This document shows, piece by piece, positions 32,365 through 41,793 of a DNA stretch of 64,000 nt. The position numbers and the translations under genes are program-made. The stretch's first letter is position 1. The number at the start of each line of letters is the position of its first letter. The notes under the pieces are model-generated. The model was not told the DNA's origin, did no database searches, and saw only the letters and a list, made by a program, of their open reading frames with translations. The DNA is from Candidatus Omnitrophota bacterium (GTDB lineage Bacteria; Omnitrophota; Gorgyraeia; Tantalellales; Tantalellaceae), in assembly GCA_024277375.1 (NCBI GenBank), contig JAJRVD010000041.1, forward strand, positions 2,323-66,322, read 5' to 3'.

Positions 32365-33645
32365 ATGAGTATTTTGATTAAAAACGGACATATAGTAGAT
32401 CCCTCGCAAGGGATAGACAAAAAAGGCGACATATTGATCTCTGAAGGCAAAGTCGCCCGGATAGGTGGCACGATCAACACAAAAGCGGAAACAACGATAG
32501 ACGCTTCAGGTAAGATCGTCTCACCCGGATTTGTGGACATGCATACTCACCTGAGAGAACCCGGAGACGAAGAAGCTGAGACCATCGAGACGGCCCTATC
32601 GGCGGCAGCGAAGGGAGGATTTACAACAGTAAGTGCCATGCCAAACACTCACCCGGCTTGTGACTCTCAGGCGCATGTAAAATTTCTGCAGGAAAAAGCC
32701 GCCGAGGCGGGCCTTGGCAATGTTCTGCCCATAGGTACTATTACAAAAAAGAGAGAGGGCGAAGAGATGTCAGAGATGCAGGAATTAAAAGACGCGGGAG
32801 CCTACGCTATCAGCGATGACGGATCTTCGGTAGCTGACCCGTCACTTATGAAAAAAGCGATGGAGTACGCGTCCATGGTGGACATAGTTGTGATATCACA
32901 CGCGGAAGACAAAGACCTGGTGGCGGGTGGTGTAATGCGAGAAGGCTATTTTTCAACGGTACTGGGGCTGAGGCCCATACCGGCTGAAGCAGAAAGTACT
33001 ATTGTGGATCGCGATGTTCGTCTTGCGGAACTTACGGGAGCGAGGCTGCATATAGCGCACGTTAGCGCAAAAGAGAGTGTCGAAATAATACGTCAGGCAA
33101 AAAAGCGCGAAGTGAACGTAACGGCTGAAGTTACGCCGCATCATTTTACGCTTACAGATGAAGACGCTAAAGGATATGATACAAACATGAAAGTTAATCC
33201 GCCTTTGGCTTTGGCTGAAGATATAGAAGCATTAAAGAAAGGGTTAAAAGACGGTACAATAGATGTTATCGCTACCGATCACGCGCCGCATTCCGCAAAC
33301 GAGAAAGAAAAAGAATTCAATTACGCGCCTTTCGGAATGATCGGACTTGAAACGGCACTTTCGCTTTCCGTGATGAATCTTATTGATAAAGGGATCTTAA
33401 CCTGGCCTGAGTTAATAGAGAAAATCGCTCTTAATCCTTCGGACATACTTGGGTACGAAGGGGGCACGTTAAAAGAAGGAGCTATAGCGGACATAACCAT
33501 TATTGACCCGAAAGCCGAATGGACGTATACTGAAGAAGAGATCAAATCCAAATCGAAGAACTCACCCTTTATCGGATGGAAACTTAAGGGAAAAGTGACA
33601 GATGTGATAGCTGAAGGCAAAATAGTTCTAAGTGGAGTAAAATAG
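32365..33645 (+). CDS. pyrC: Dihydroorotase
   Basis: 426 aa with the metal-binding motif DMHTHLREPG and a conserved Asp near the C-terminus. Confidence 0.93.
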   Translation: MSILIKNGHIVDPSQGIDKKGDILISEGKVARIGGTINTKAETTIDASGKIVSPGFVDMHTHLREPGDEEAETIETALSAAAKGGFTTVSAMPNTHPACDSQAHVKFLQEKAAEAGLGNVLPIGTITKKREGEEMSEMQELKDAGAYAISDDGSSVADPSLMKKAMEYASMVDIVVISHAEDKDLVAGGVMREGYFSTVLGLRPIPAEAESTIVDRDVRLAELTGARLHIAHVSAKESVEIIRQAKKREVNVTAEVTPHHFTLTDEDAKGYDTNMKVNPPLALAEDIEALKKGLKDGTIDVIATDHAPHSANEKEKEFNYAPFGMIGLETALSLSVMNLIDKGILTWPELIEKIALNPSDILGYEGGTLKEGAIADITIIDPKAEWTYTEEEIKSKSKNSPFIGWKLKGKVTDVIAEGKIVLSGVK

Positions 33646-33652
33646 CACAATA

Positions 33653-34561
33653 ATGTCAAAACTAATCAGAAAAACCCAAAAAATAGCAATAATTTCGAAC
33701 AAAGAGGTTTGTTCAGCCCACTTTGTCATGGAACTAGAAGCACCTTTTCTGGGCGAAAATTCAGCTCCGGGTCAGTTCATTAACATAAGGGTTGATGAAG
33801 GTACGACAGATCCGCTTTTGAGGATACCTCTGGGGATTCATAAAATACATGAGGGTGGGATAAGCTTGTTATACAAGGTGGTTGGTAGCGGTACACAGAT
33901 ATTGAGCAATAAAAAACAAGGGGATCAAGTAGATGTCCTAGGCCCACTTGGAAAAGGGTTTGATGTCGCACGGGTAGAGGCGTATGGCAATACGCCCCTA
34001 CAAAGTACAAAACAAGACCCCGAGGCAATTCTTGTTGCCGGCGGACATGGAATAGCGCCGCTTTACGCGTTGGCGGAAAGCCTGGCGGAGAAAAAAATTA
34101 AGACAACATTTTTGATCGGAGTCAGGTCGCGGGATCATCTGGTATGTGTGGATGAACTAAAAAGCTTAGGCGCCGAAGTTCAAATAGCGACCGAAGACGG
34201 CTCGGCTGGTTATGAGGGATACGTTACGGAATTGCTTGAGGAACTATTGAAACAAGTGATGAAAGGCGAGGTTAACGGGGACAGTCAACGCGCTCGCTTC
34301 TCGCGGCTTCGCTCGGGACAGGAGGGACAGTCCCCTGGCGAACAACAAACGATGATATATTCCTGTGGGCCACGTTTGATGTTACGAGCCCTCTCAAAAG
34401 TAGCGCTAGAAAATAACACGCCGGCGCAGGTTTCGCTCGACGCGTATATGGCTTGTGGTGTCGGGGCCTGCTTAGGGTGCGCTGTTAAAACCAAAGACGG
34501 ATATAAAATGGTCTGTAAAGACGGTCCGGTTTTCGACTCGAAGGAGATACTGTGGACTTAA
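33653..34561 (+). CDS. pyrK: Dihydroorotate dehydrogenase electron-transfer subunit, carrying an in-frame ~24-aa insertion derived from a repeat element
   Basis: FAD/NAD-binding fold plus a C-terminal 2Fe-2S cluster CGVGACLGCAV. The insertion GEVNGDSQRARFSRLRSGQEGQSPGEQQ corresponds to the GGGGACAGTCC element at 34277-34335. Confidence 0.9.
   Translation: MSKLIRKTQKIAIISNKEVCSAHFVMELEAPFLGENSAPGQFINIRVDEGTTDPLLRIPLGIHKIHEGGISLLYKVVGSGTQILSNKKQGDQVDVLGPLGKGFDVARVEAYGNTPLQSTKQDPEAILVAGGHGIAPLYALAESLAEKKIKTTFLIGVRSRDHLVCVDELKSLGAEVQIATEDGSAGYEGYVTELLEELLKQVMKGEVNGDSQRARFSRLRSGQEGQSPGEQQTMIYSCGPRLMLRALSKVALENNTPAQVSLDAYMACGVGACLGCAVKTKDGYKMVCKDGPVFDSKEILWT
34277..34335. repeat. GGGGACAGTCC-type hairpin element, copy b, lying inside the pyrK reading frame
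   Basis: GGGGACAGTCAACGCGCTCGCTTCTCGCGGCTTCGCTCGGGACAGGAGGGACAGTCCCC, homologous to the intergenic copies at 3618 and 40017. Confidence 0.6.
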
Positions 34562-35469
34562 CAGTAAAAATAAATGACCGAACTTTCAAAAACCCGGTAT
34601 GGGTCGCTTCCGGGACTTTCGGATACGGGGAAGAATTTAAAGACTTTATCGACCTTGAAAAAGTCGGCGCGATAATTACAAAAACAATTACATTGAACGC
34701 CCGGGAAGGGAATCCTCCTCCACGCATAGTTGAGACGCCCTCGGGCATGCTTAACTCTATAGGGCTTGAAAACAAAGGAATAGAGCACTTCGCGAAAAAA
34801 TATTATCCTTTCCTGGAAAAGCTTGATACCAGAATAATTGTGAGTGTAGCCGGACGAGACAAAGACGAATTTGAGAAATGTATTGAAGCGTTGGAAGAGT
34901 TCTCGCCGGACGCTATCGAAATTAATCTTTCATGCCCCAACGTTGTACATCGTCAGACAAAACATAAGTTGATAGCACAAGACCCGGAGACAACCGGAGA
35001 AATAATCGCGGCTGTCAGGAAGAAAACCAAAAGTATTCTTATCGCGAAACTTACGCCGAATGTAACAGATATCTCTGAAATAGCGCTTGCCGCGGAAGCC
35101 GGAGGGGCGAATGCTCTTTCGGTAGTGAATACATATTTGGGTATGGCGGTCGACGCTGAAGAAATGAAACCGATCTTGGGAAATATAGTCGGAGGGTTGA
35201 GTGGCCCGGCAATAAAACCGATGGCGTTAAAAGTGGTATACGATGTAAGCAAAAAAGTAAAGATCCCGGTGATCGGTATTGGAGGGATAATGACGGGACG
35301 GGATGTCGCGGAATTTATGTTGTGCGGAGCCGCGGCCGTTCAGGTTGGAACAGCGAATTTAGCGGATCCGGCGGCGCACAACAGGATACTTTCGGAGTTT
35401 GAAGAGTATTTGGATAGAAAAGGGATTAAGAAAGCAACGGATTTGGTCGGGAAGTTGAAAAAACTCTAA
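34552..35469 (+). CDS. pyrD: Dihydroorotate dehydrogenase catalytic subunit (class 1B)
   Basis: 305 aa with the motifs NPVWVASGTFGYG and NLSCPN. Confidence 0.93.
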   Translation: MDLTVKINDRTFKNPVWVASGTFGYGEEFKDFIDLEKVGAIITKTITLNAREGNPPPRIVETPSGMLNSIGLENKGIEHFAKKYYPFLEKLDTRIIVSVAGRDKDEFEKCIEALEEFSPDAIEINLSCPNVVHRQTKHKLIAQDPETTGEIIAAVRKKTKSILIAKLTPNVTDISEIALAAEAGGANALSVVNTYLGMAVDAEEMKPILGNIVGGLSGPAIKPMALKVVYDVSKKVKIPVIGIGGIMTGRDVAEFMLCGAAAVQVGTANLADPAAHNRILSEFEEYLDRKGIKKATDLVGKLKKL

Positions 35470-35536
35470 TATTGGACTTTTTTTGTGCTTAGGGGTGGCC
35501 CTTTGGGGCCAGGCCCCAAAATACAGGAGACGAAAT

Positions 35537-36241
35537 ATGGAAGCGAAAGCGAGATTGATCGTAGCGTTGGATGTGGCGACATTTGAAGAAGCGGAGAAGC
35601 TTATTGACGTGTTGGCTGACGAGGTTGAGATATTTAAGGTCGGGATAGCGCCATTTACGGCTTTCGGACAACCCATTTTGGATAAATTGGCGTCTTTGGA
35701 GAAAAAAGTGTTTTTGGACCTCAAGGTTCACGATATTCCGAATACGGTCGCGAATGCCGCGCGTGCCGCTGTGGAAAAAGGTGTTTTTATGATGAATTTC
35801 CATTGTCTGGGCGGGCAGAAAATGTTGGAAGCGGCCGTAAAGGCTGTTAAAGGGATCCAGTCAGATAGAGAGGCCCCCATTCTGTTGGGAGTTACCATTC
35901 TTACGAGCATGAATGAGGACGATTGTCAGGGCATCGGACTTCGCGGGAGAGTGGAGGACAATGTGCTTGAACTTGCCCGGACAGCCAAAACGGCTAAACT
36001 TGACGGTGTAGTCGCCTCTGCCCGTGAAGCGCGTATGATAAAAGATAATATCGGCAATGATTTTGTTATTGTTACCCCGGGAGTCCGGCCGGAATGGGCC
36101 GCTAAAGGGGACCAACAAAGAGTTCTCACTCCAAAGGCCGCAATTTCCGAGGGCGCCGACTACATAGTCGTGGGAAGGCCCATCCTTCAAGCCGACGACC
36201 CGGCAGATGCCGCACGCAAAATAATAGAAGAAATGGCATAA
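35537..36241 (+). CDS. pyrF: Orotidine 5'-phosphate decarboxylase
   Basis: MEAKARLIVALDV...FLDLKVHDIPNTV. ATG at 35537 follows a CAGGAGA RBS. The ORF-track 5' extension overlaps a GGGGTGGCCCTTTGGGGCCAGGCCCC palindrome. Confidence 0.9.
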   Translation: MEAKARLIVALDVATFEEAEKLIDVLADEVEIFKVGIAPFTAFGQPILDKLASLEKKVFLDLKVHDIPNTVANAARAAVEKGVFMMNFHCLGGQKMLEAAVKAVKGIQSDREAPILLGVTILTSMNEDDCQGIGLRGRVEDNVLELARTAKTAKLDGVVASAREARMIKDNIGNDFVIVTPGVRPEWAAKGDQQRVLTPKAAISEGADYIVVGRPILQADDPADAARKIIEEMA

Positions 36242-36345
36242 AAAGAAGCGGGTATCCCCGGATATCCTCAATTTTATATATTGTCTTATCGGCAGAAATG
36301 TATATAATGAAAGTTCACATAAATACGGTCTAAGGAGCACGCATT

Positions 36346-36921
36346 ATGCAAGAAATGGAAATAATGGATATTTTTATAAAAACAAGGGCGTATTTGCAGG
36401 GACATTTTAAGTTGTCCTCAGGATTGCATTCGGGGGCATATTTGCAGTGCGCGTTGGTTCTGCAGGATCCGATCATAGCCGCTAGATTATGCAAAAGTTT
36501 AGCGGAGAAATTCCGGGTGGATAAACCCGATATTGTGGTTGGCCCGGCAATGGGTGGTATAGTTCTGGCATATGAACTTGCCAGAGCCTTGGGGGCCAGG
36601 GCTATTTTTACGGAGAGAGACTCTGAAGGGAAAATGTCGCTCAGAAGAGGTTTTAGGATTTTTCCTGATAATAAGGTTTTAATAGCGGAAGATGTGCTTA
36701 CTACCGGAGGTTCGGTTAAAGAGGTTATCGCGCTCCTGGACAGAGAAGATGTTGTCCCTGTAGGGGTCGCAAGCCTGATAGACAGGAGTTCAGAGAAAAT
36801 AGATTTTAGCGGAATAAAACAGGAAAGCCTGATGAAGATCAATGTCCCGACTTTTCAGGGGGACGCGTGTCCTTTTTGCCAGGAAGGTATACCCGTAGAC
36901 AAGCCGGGATCGAAAAAATGA
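36346..36921 (+). CDS. pyrE: Orotate phosphoribosyltransferase
   Basis: 191 aa with the PRPP-binding motif VLIAEDVLTTGGS. Confidence 0.9.
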   Translation: MQEMEIMDIFIKTRAYLQGHFKLSSGLHSGAYLQCALVLQDPIIAARLCKSLAEKFRVDKPDIVVGPAMGGIVLAYELARALGARAIFTERDSEGKMSLRRGFRIFPDNKVLIAEDVLTTGGSVKEVIALLDREDVVPVGVASLIDRSSEKIDFSGIKQESLMKINVPTFQGDACPFCQEGIPVDKPGSKK

Positions 36922-36928
36922 AAAATGG

Positions 36929-36994
36929 TATATCGGGCGCCATAAATGGCGCCCGATATGCAGTGGTAGGGGTTCGATTTATCGAACCCGAATA
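36929..36994. repeat. Partial MITE-like repeat, copy 5, plus a TATCGGGCGCC/GGCGCCCGATA palindrome
   Basis: GTAGGGGTTCGATTTATCGAACCCGAATA includes the RBS region of the downstream V-ATPase E gene. Confidence 0.6.
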
Positions 36995-37005
36995 GGAGGG
37001 AAAAA

Positions 37006-37602
37006 ATGGAAATGGATCTTAACGGTATAATAAACAAGATAAAAGAAGAAGGTGTCGGAGAGGCGGAAAAGAACGCCGTGGCCATAATAAGCCGGGCGCG
37101 AGAGGAAGCCATCGACATCGTTGAGGCGGCGAAAAAAGAGAAGGAAGAGATAATAAAAACCGCCCGACAAGAAGCCGAAAGGCTTCAGAAAAATGGCGAA
37201 GAAGCTATTAAACAAGCGTCGAGAGATGTTGTTCTAAGCTTGAAAGACAAAATAACCGCGCTTTTCGACAGTATAATCAAGCGGGAAGTGGCTTCTAATC
37301 TACAGGTGGACTGGCTTCGCGAAATGATAACTCACCTTGTGAAAAACTTTAAAACAGATGATACTTTTGAAGTGGAAGTGCTCTTGAGCGAGAAAGACAA
37401 ACAATATCTGGAAAAAAGCGTGTTCGCGGAACTTAAGGGGAAAATGGCCGAGGGTGTAACATTGAAAGTATCTCCGAACGTGGAAAACGGGTTTCGTATA
37501 GGAGAAAAAGGTAAAAACTCTTTTTATGATTTTACGGATGAGGCGATAACCGAAGCATTCAAAACCTTCCTTAATCCGAAAATAACGGAGATATTGAAAT
37601 AG
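37006..37602 (+). CDS. atpE: V/A-type ATP synthase subunit E
   Basis: 198-aa coiled-coil protein, first gene of the E-X-A-B-D-I-K cluster. Confidence 0.8.
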   Translation: MEMDLNGIINKIKEEGVGEAEKNAVAIISRAREEAIDIVEAAKKEKEEIIKTARQEAERLQKNGEEAIKQASRDVVLSLKDKITALFDSIIKREVASNLQVDWLREMITHLVKNFKTDDTFEVEVLLSEKDKQYLEKSVFAELKGKMAEGVTLKVSPNVENGFRIGEKGKNSFYDFTDEAITEAFKTFLNPKITEILK

Positions 37603-37627
37603 ATAGCGTGCATAGTTTAACAGGGTG

Positions 37628-37738
37628 TATCATGATGTAGGGGCTTGATTCATCAAGCCCGTTATATCGGGTTCGATAAATCGAACCCCTATAATATGCT
37701 GTAGGCAGCTTTTCACAATGTGACTTGTGACACAGCCT
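37628..37738 (+). mobile_element. MITE-like repeat, copy 6, lying inside the V-ATPase operon
   Basis: CATGATGTAGGGGCTTGATTCATCAAGCCCGTTATATCGGGTTCGATAAATCGAACCCCTATAATATG...GTGACACAGCC. Confidence 0.85.
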
Positions 37739-37804
37739 GTTCGCGGGGATGACAGCAGGGGAGCTCAACGGGCTTACCCGCTGAACGCTAGTAAAAGGGT
37801 ACAT

Positions 37805-38317
37805 ATGAGCGAATATTTTTATCTGGTCGCGTCACTGCCAAGCATCACTTTTGGTCAAAAGCCGGACATCTCAAAGGACGAATTTATCGCTGAATGCGAA
37901 AAATGGCTTACGCCGGGTGATATGAAAATGGTGTTATCGGCGGATCTTAGCCGGGAAGATCCTGCCGGTGAAAATTCCGGATGTTTAGCGGCGTGGAAAC
38001 AGTTTGACGCGGGTTTAAGGGGAAAACTCGCGCTTCTCCGGCGTGCCCGCAAGAGAGGTGAAGAACATAAAACAACAGGCATCCTGAAAGAAGTTATGAA
38101 CGAAAAAAACCCGCTTTTAAAAGAAACGGCCCTGGAAAAAGTTCGTTGGGATTTTATCGAACACCAGGGCGTCGGCAGCTATTTTGACGTGAACCGGGTC
38201 GTACTTTATTTTTTACAATTACAAATTTCAGAAAGGCTTTCATCTTTCGACAAAGAGACTGGTGAAGGGATCTTTTACAAACTATGCGAGGTAGACCATG
38301 GAGAAACAAAAGGGTAA
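37805..38317 (+). CDS. V-ATPase operon-associated hypothetical protein, in the position of the conserved DUF gene of chlamydial/spirochaetal V-ATPase clusters
   Basis: MSEYFYLVASLPSITFGQKPDIS.... ATG at 37805; the ORF-track start at 37727 lies within the MITE. The gene overlaps the subunit A start. Confidence 0.6.
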   Translation: MSEYFYLVASLPSITFGQKPDISKDEFIAECEKWLTPGDMKMVLSADLSREDPAGENSGCLAAWKQFDAGLRGKLALLRRARKRGEEHKTTGILKEVMNEKNPLLKETALEKVRWDFIEHQGVGSYFDVNRVVLYFLQLQISERLSSFDKETGEGIFYKLCEVDHGETKG

Positions 38318-40013
38318 CATAGTAGCGATCAGTGGGAACATGATAACCATAGAGTTTGACGGCGATGTCATACAAAACGAAGTGGGTTACGTGCTGAGTC
38401 TTGGCAAGCGCTACAAATCGGAGATCATAAAGATCACTGGGAACAAAGCTTTCGCCCAAGTGTTCGAGTATACAAAAGGGATCAAAGTAGGAGACGAAGT
38501 TGAATTCTCCGGGGAGATGCTTTCGGTTCAGTTGGGGCAGGGACTTTTAACTCAGATATACGATGGGCTTCAAAATCCGCTTCCGGAGATGGCGGAAAAA
38601 TTCGGGTTTTTCCTGCCAGTGGGAGTAGAGTTAAACGCGCTTTCTTTTGAGAAAAAATGGGATTTTACGCCGGACGCGAAGGCCGGCGATAAAGTAGTTG
38701 CCGGCAGTGTTCTCGGGAGCGTCCCCGAAGGCCTCTTTAAACACAAGATAATGGTTCCGTTCTATCTGAACGGAGAGTACACGATTGAGAAAGTGACCGA
38801 AAAAGGAACATACCCGATCGAAAAGACAATAGCCGTGATCAAAGACTCTAAAGGGAGCTTGATCGACGTAACCATGACCTTTAACTGGCCGGTGAAGATC
38901 CCCGTAGACGCGTACAAAGAAAAATTGCAGCCCAAAGACGCGCTTGTTACGCGGATAAGAATTCTGGATACACTTTTTCCCATAGCCAAGGGCGGAACGT
39001 ATTGTATCCCGGGTCCGTTCGGAGCGGGCAAAACGGTACTTCAGCAGATAACCAGTCGTTACGCGGAAGTTGATATTGTTATCATAGCCGCCTGCGGAGA
39101 AAGAGCCGGGGAGGTTGTTGAAACGTTAAAAGAATTCCCCAAGCTTATTGACCCGCGGACGGGAAAATCTTTGATGGAACGGACGATCATTATTTGCAAT
39201 ACGTCTTCCATGCCCGTCGCGGCGAGAGAAGCTTCCGTGTATACCGGAACAACGCTCGCGGAATATTACAGGCAGATGGGACTTAACGTGCTTCTCCTCG
39301 CGGATTCGACTTCACGTTGGGCGCAGGCGATGAGGGAGATCTCCGGGCGACTTGAAGAAATACCGGGAGAAGAGGCATACCCGGCGTATTTAGAATCACG
39401 TATAGCGAGTTTTTATGAAAGGGCGGGTTTAGTGGAACTGTATGACGGTGAGATAGGTAGCCTTACTATCGGCGGCACCGTAAGCCCGGCCGGCGGGAAC
39501 TTCGAGGAGCCGGTTACGCAGGGAACACTTAAAGTCGTGGGAGCGTTTCATGGCCTTTCGCGCGAAAGGTCCGACGCTAGAAGGTTTCCCTCTGTGCACC
39601 CGCTGGAAAGCTGGAGTAAGTATAAAAGTTTTATAGATGACAGCCATGTCCGCAAAGCAAAAAGCATTCTGACGAAAGGTGACGAGGTTAACCAGATGAT
39701 GAAGGTTGTGGGGGAAGAGGGTACGTCCACCGACGATTTTGTTATATATCTTAAGAGCGATTTCGTTGACAGTGTTTATCTTCAACAGAACGGGTTTGAC
39801 CCGGTGGATGCTTCGACGACAGACGAGAGGCAGAAATATGTTTTCGCGAAAGTAGTGGAAGTTCTGGACAAAGAATTTACTTTTGAGGAAAAAGAAGACG
39901 CGCGGCACTTTTTCTATAATTTGAGACACAAGTTTATCGACTGGAACTACAAAGAGTGGGATTCCGACGAATTTAAAGAGCAGGAGAAAAAAATAAACGA
40001 GGCGATCGGATGA
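38298..40013 (+). CDS. atpA: V/A-type ATP synthase catalytic subunit A
   Basis: 571 aa with the Walker A motif GPFGAGKT. Confidence 0.97.
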   Translation: MEKQKGNIVAISGNMITIEFDGDVIQNEVGYVLSLGKRYKSEIIKITGNKAFAQVFEYTKGIKVGDEVEFSGEMLSVQLGQGLLTQIYDGLQNPLPEMAEKFGFFLPVGVELNALSFEKKWDFTPDAKAGDKVVAGSVLGSVPEGLFKHKIMVPFYLNGEYTIEKVTEKGTYPIEKTIAVIKDSKGSLIDVTMTFNWPVKIPVDAYKEKLQPKDALVTRIRILDTLFPIAKGGTYCIPGPFGAGKTVLQQITSRYAEVDIVIIAACGERAGEVVETLKEFPKLIDPRTGKSLMERTIIICNTSSMPVAAREASVYTGTTLAEYYRQMGLNVLLLADSTSRWAQAMREISGRLEEIPGEEAYPAYLESRIASFYERAGLVELYDGEIGSLTIGGTVSPAGGNFEEPVTQGTLKVVGAFHGLSRERSDARRFPSVHPLESWSKYKSFIDDSHVRKAKSILTKGDEVNQMMKVVGEEGTSTDDFVIYLKSDFVDSVYLQQNGFDPVDASTTDERQKYVFAKVVEVLDKEFTFEEKEDARHFFYNLRHKFIDWNYKEWDSDEFKEQEKKINEAIG

Positions 40014-40016
40014 ATC

Positions 40017-40058
40017 GGGGACAGTCCACGCGCGGCTTCGCCGCTTGGGACAGTCCCC
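40017..40058. repeat. GGGGACAGTCC-type hairpin element, copy c, immediately after the atpA stop
   Basis: GGGGACAGTCCACGCGCGGCTTCGCCGCTTGGGACAGTCCCC. Confidence 0.6.
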
Positions 40059-40191
40059 TGAGCAACCCACTGTCGTCCCGACCGAGCGCGGCCGAGGGAC
40101 ACCGTTCCCGAGGTCATTCTGAGGGCAGAGGGTCTCAGGGTAGCGAGCGGAGGGATCTTTGTGGGAAATAATATAACGGAGGGTAGTACAA

Positions 40192-41502
40192 ATGAGAAAA
40201 GTGTGTACCAGAATATTGAGTATATCCGGAAACGTTGTAACGGTGAAAGCGAACGGGATAGCATATGAGGAACTTGCTGAAGTTTTAACCGCGCGCGGAA
40301 CGTCTTTGGCGCAGGTTATACGCCTTGACGGAGAGATCGTGCACCTGCAGGTGTTCGCGGGCTCACGCGGCATTTCAACCGGCGACGAAGTCCGGTTCCT
40401 GGGGCATCCTATGAAAGTAGGATTTTCAGAGAACATGTTGGGCCGCATATTTAACGGCAGCGGTGAGCCGAGAGATAATGGACCGGCGATAACCGAAAGC
40501 CTCATAGAGATCTCAGGGCCCGCGGTAAATCCTTCGAAGAGGGTTATCCCCTCGAACATGGTAAGGACCAACATTCCGATGATAGATGTTTTTAACTCTC
40601 TGGTAGAGTCGCAGAAGCTGCCCATATTTTCAGTTTCGGGAGAACCATATGATGAACTTTTGGCCAGGATCGCTTTGCAGGCGGAAGTTGATGTTATTAT
40701 TCTCGGCGGGATAGGTCTTAAGTTTGACCAGTATATGTATTTTAAAAACACGCTTGAAGAAGGCGGCGCTTTGAGTAGAACTATATTTTTTGTTCATACG
40801 GCGGCGGATCCTGTTGTTGAGGGGCTTATGATCCCGGATCTCGCTTTGGCCGTTGCCGAGAAATTCGCGCTGAGCGGGAAAAAAGTTCTGGCGCTGCTTA
40901 CTGATATGACCAACTTTGCCGACTCGATGAAAGAGATCGCCATAACAATGGAACAGGTGCCGTCTAACAGAGGGTATCCCGGAGACCTCTACAGTCAGCT
41001 CGCCGCCAGATACGAGAAAGCGGTTGATTTTGAAGGTGCCGGATCTATCACGGTACTTGCCGTTACGACGATGCCGGGTGACGATGTTACGCATCCGGTT
41101 CCCGATAACACCGGTTATATAACCGAGGGACAGTTTTATCTGAAGAATGGAAGAATAGAACCGTTCGGTTCGCTAAGCCGTTTAAAACAGCTGGTTAACG
41201 ATAAAACCCGAAGTGATCATAGGGCTATTATGGACGGGATGGTCCAGCTTTACGCGCAGTATAGAGAAGCGGAAGAAAAACGATCCATGGGTTTCAGGAT
41301 GAGCGAATGGGATAGAAAACTGTTAAAATATGGCGCGCTATTTGAACGCGGAATGATGGATCTTAAGGTAAATATCCCGCTCGAGGAGGCCCTGGACAAC
41401 GGGTGGAGGATCCTGGCGGATTGTTTTCATCCTGAAGAGACGAATTTCAGGACAGAGTTGGTCGAGGAATATTGGCCGGAAAAAGCAGTATCTAGTACGT
41501 AG
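40192..41502 (+). CDS. atpB: V/A-type ATP synthase subunit B
   Basis: 436 aa, a non-catalytic nucleotide-binding subunit. Confidence 0.97.
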   Translation: MRKVCTRILSISGNVVTVKANGIAYEELAEVLTARGTSLAQVIRLDGEIVHLQVFAGSRGISTGDEVRFLGHPMKVGFSENMLGRIFNGSGEPRDNGPAITESLIEISGPAVNPSKRVIPSNMVRTNIPMIDVFNSLVESQKLPIFSVSGEPYDELLARIALQAEVDVIILGGIGLKFDQYMYFKNTLEEGGALSRTIFFVHTAADPVVEGLMIPDLALAVAEKFALSGKKVLALLTDMTNFADSMKEIAITMEQVPSNRGYPGDLYSQLAARYEKAVDFEGAGSITVLAVTTMPGDDVTHPVPDNTGYITEGQFYLKNGRIEPFGSLSRLKQLVNDKTRSDHRAIMDGMVQLYAQYREAEEKRSMGFRMSEWDRKLLKYGALFERGMMDLKVNIPLEEALDNGWRILADCFHPEETNFRTELVEEYWPEKAVSST

Positions 41503-41578
41503 GAGCCGCCTCCGGCGGCGAACTATAAAATGATGTAATTAGTTCGCGGCCCATCGGCGAAGCCGATACCGCTCCTGA

Positions 41579-41699
41579 GGCTGTGTCGTAATTCGTTTTG
41601 CGGATGGCCGTATACAATATATTGTAGGGGTTCGATTTGTCGAACCCGATATAACGGGCTTGATGAATCAAGCCCCTACATTCATTATGACACAGTCTG
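41579..41699 (-). mobile_element. MITE-like repeat, copy 7, inverted orientation and flanked by 43-bp direct repeats
   Basis: GGCTGTGTCGTAATTCGTTTTGCGGATGGCCGTATACAATATATTGTAGGGGTTCGATTTGTCGAACCC...GGGCTTGATGAATCAAGCCCCTACATTCATTATGACACAGTCTG. The direct repeats lie at 41532-41574 and 41720-41762. Confidence 0.85.
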
Positions 41700-41793
41700 C
41701 CTACGGGATAAGATATGCAGATGTAATTAGTTCGCGGCCCATCGGCGAAGCCGATACCGCTCATACAGGATACGATATATAAACGGCGCAATT

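Noticed and set aside
35483-35536. N-terminal extension MCLGVALWGQAPKYRRRN on pyrF
   Set aside because: The extension is encoded by the GGGGTGGCCCTTTGGGGCCAGGCCCC palindrome. A canonical RBS and ATG at 35537 give the conserved PyrF N-terminus.
39429-40751. 440-aa minus-strand ORF antisense to atpA and atpB
   Set aside because: It overlaps the strongly supported V-ATPase A and B genes on the opposite strand. Its Ser/Pro/Arg-rich translation has no recognisable domain, and it spans the A-B intergenic repeat.
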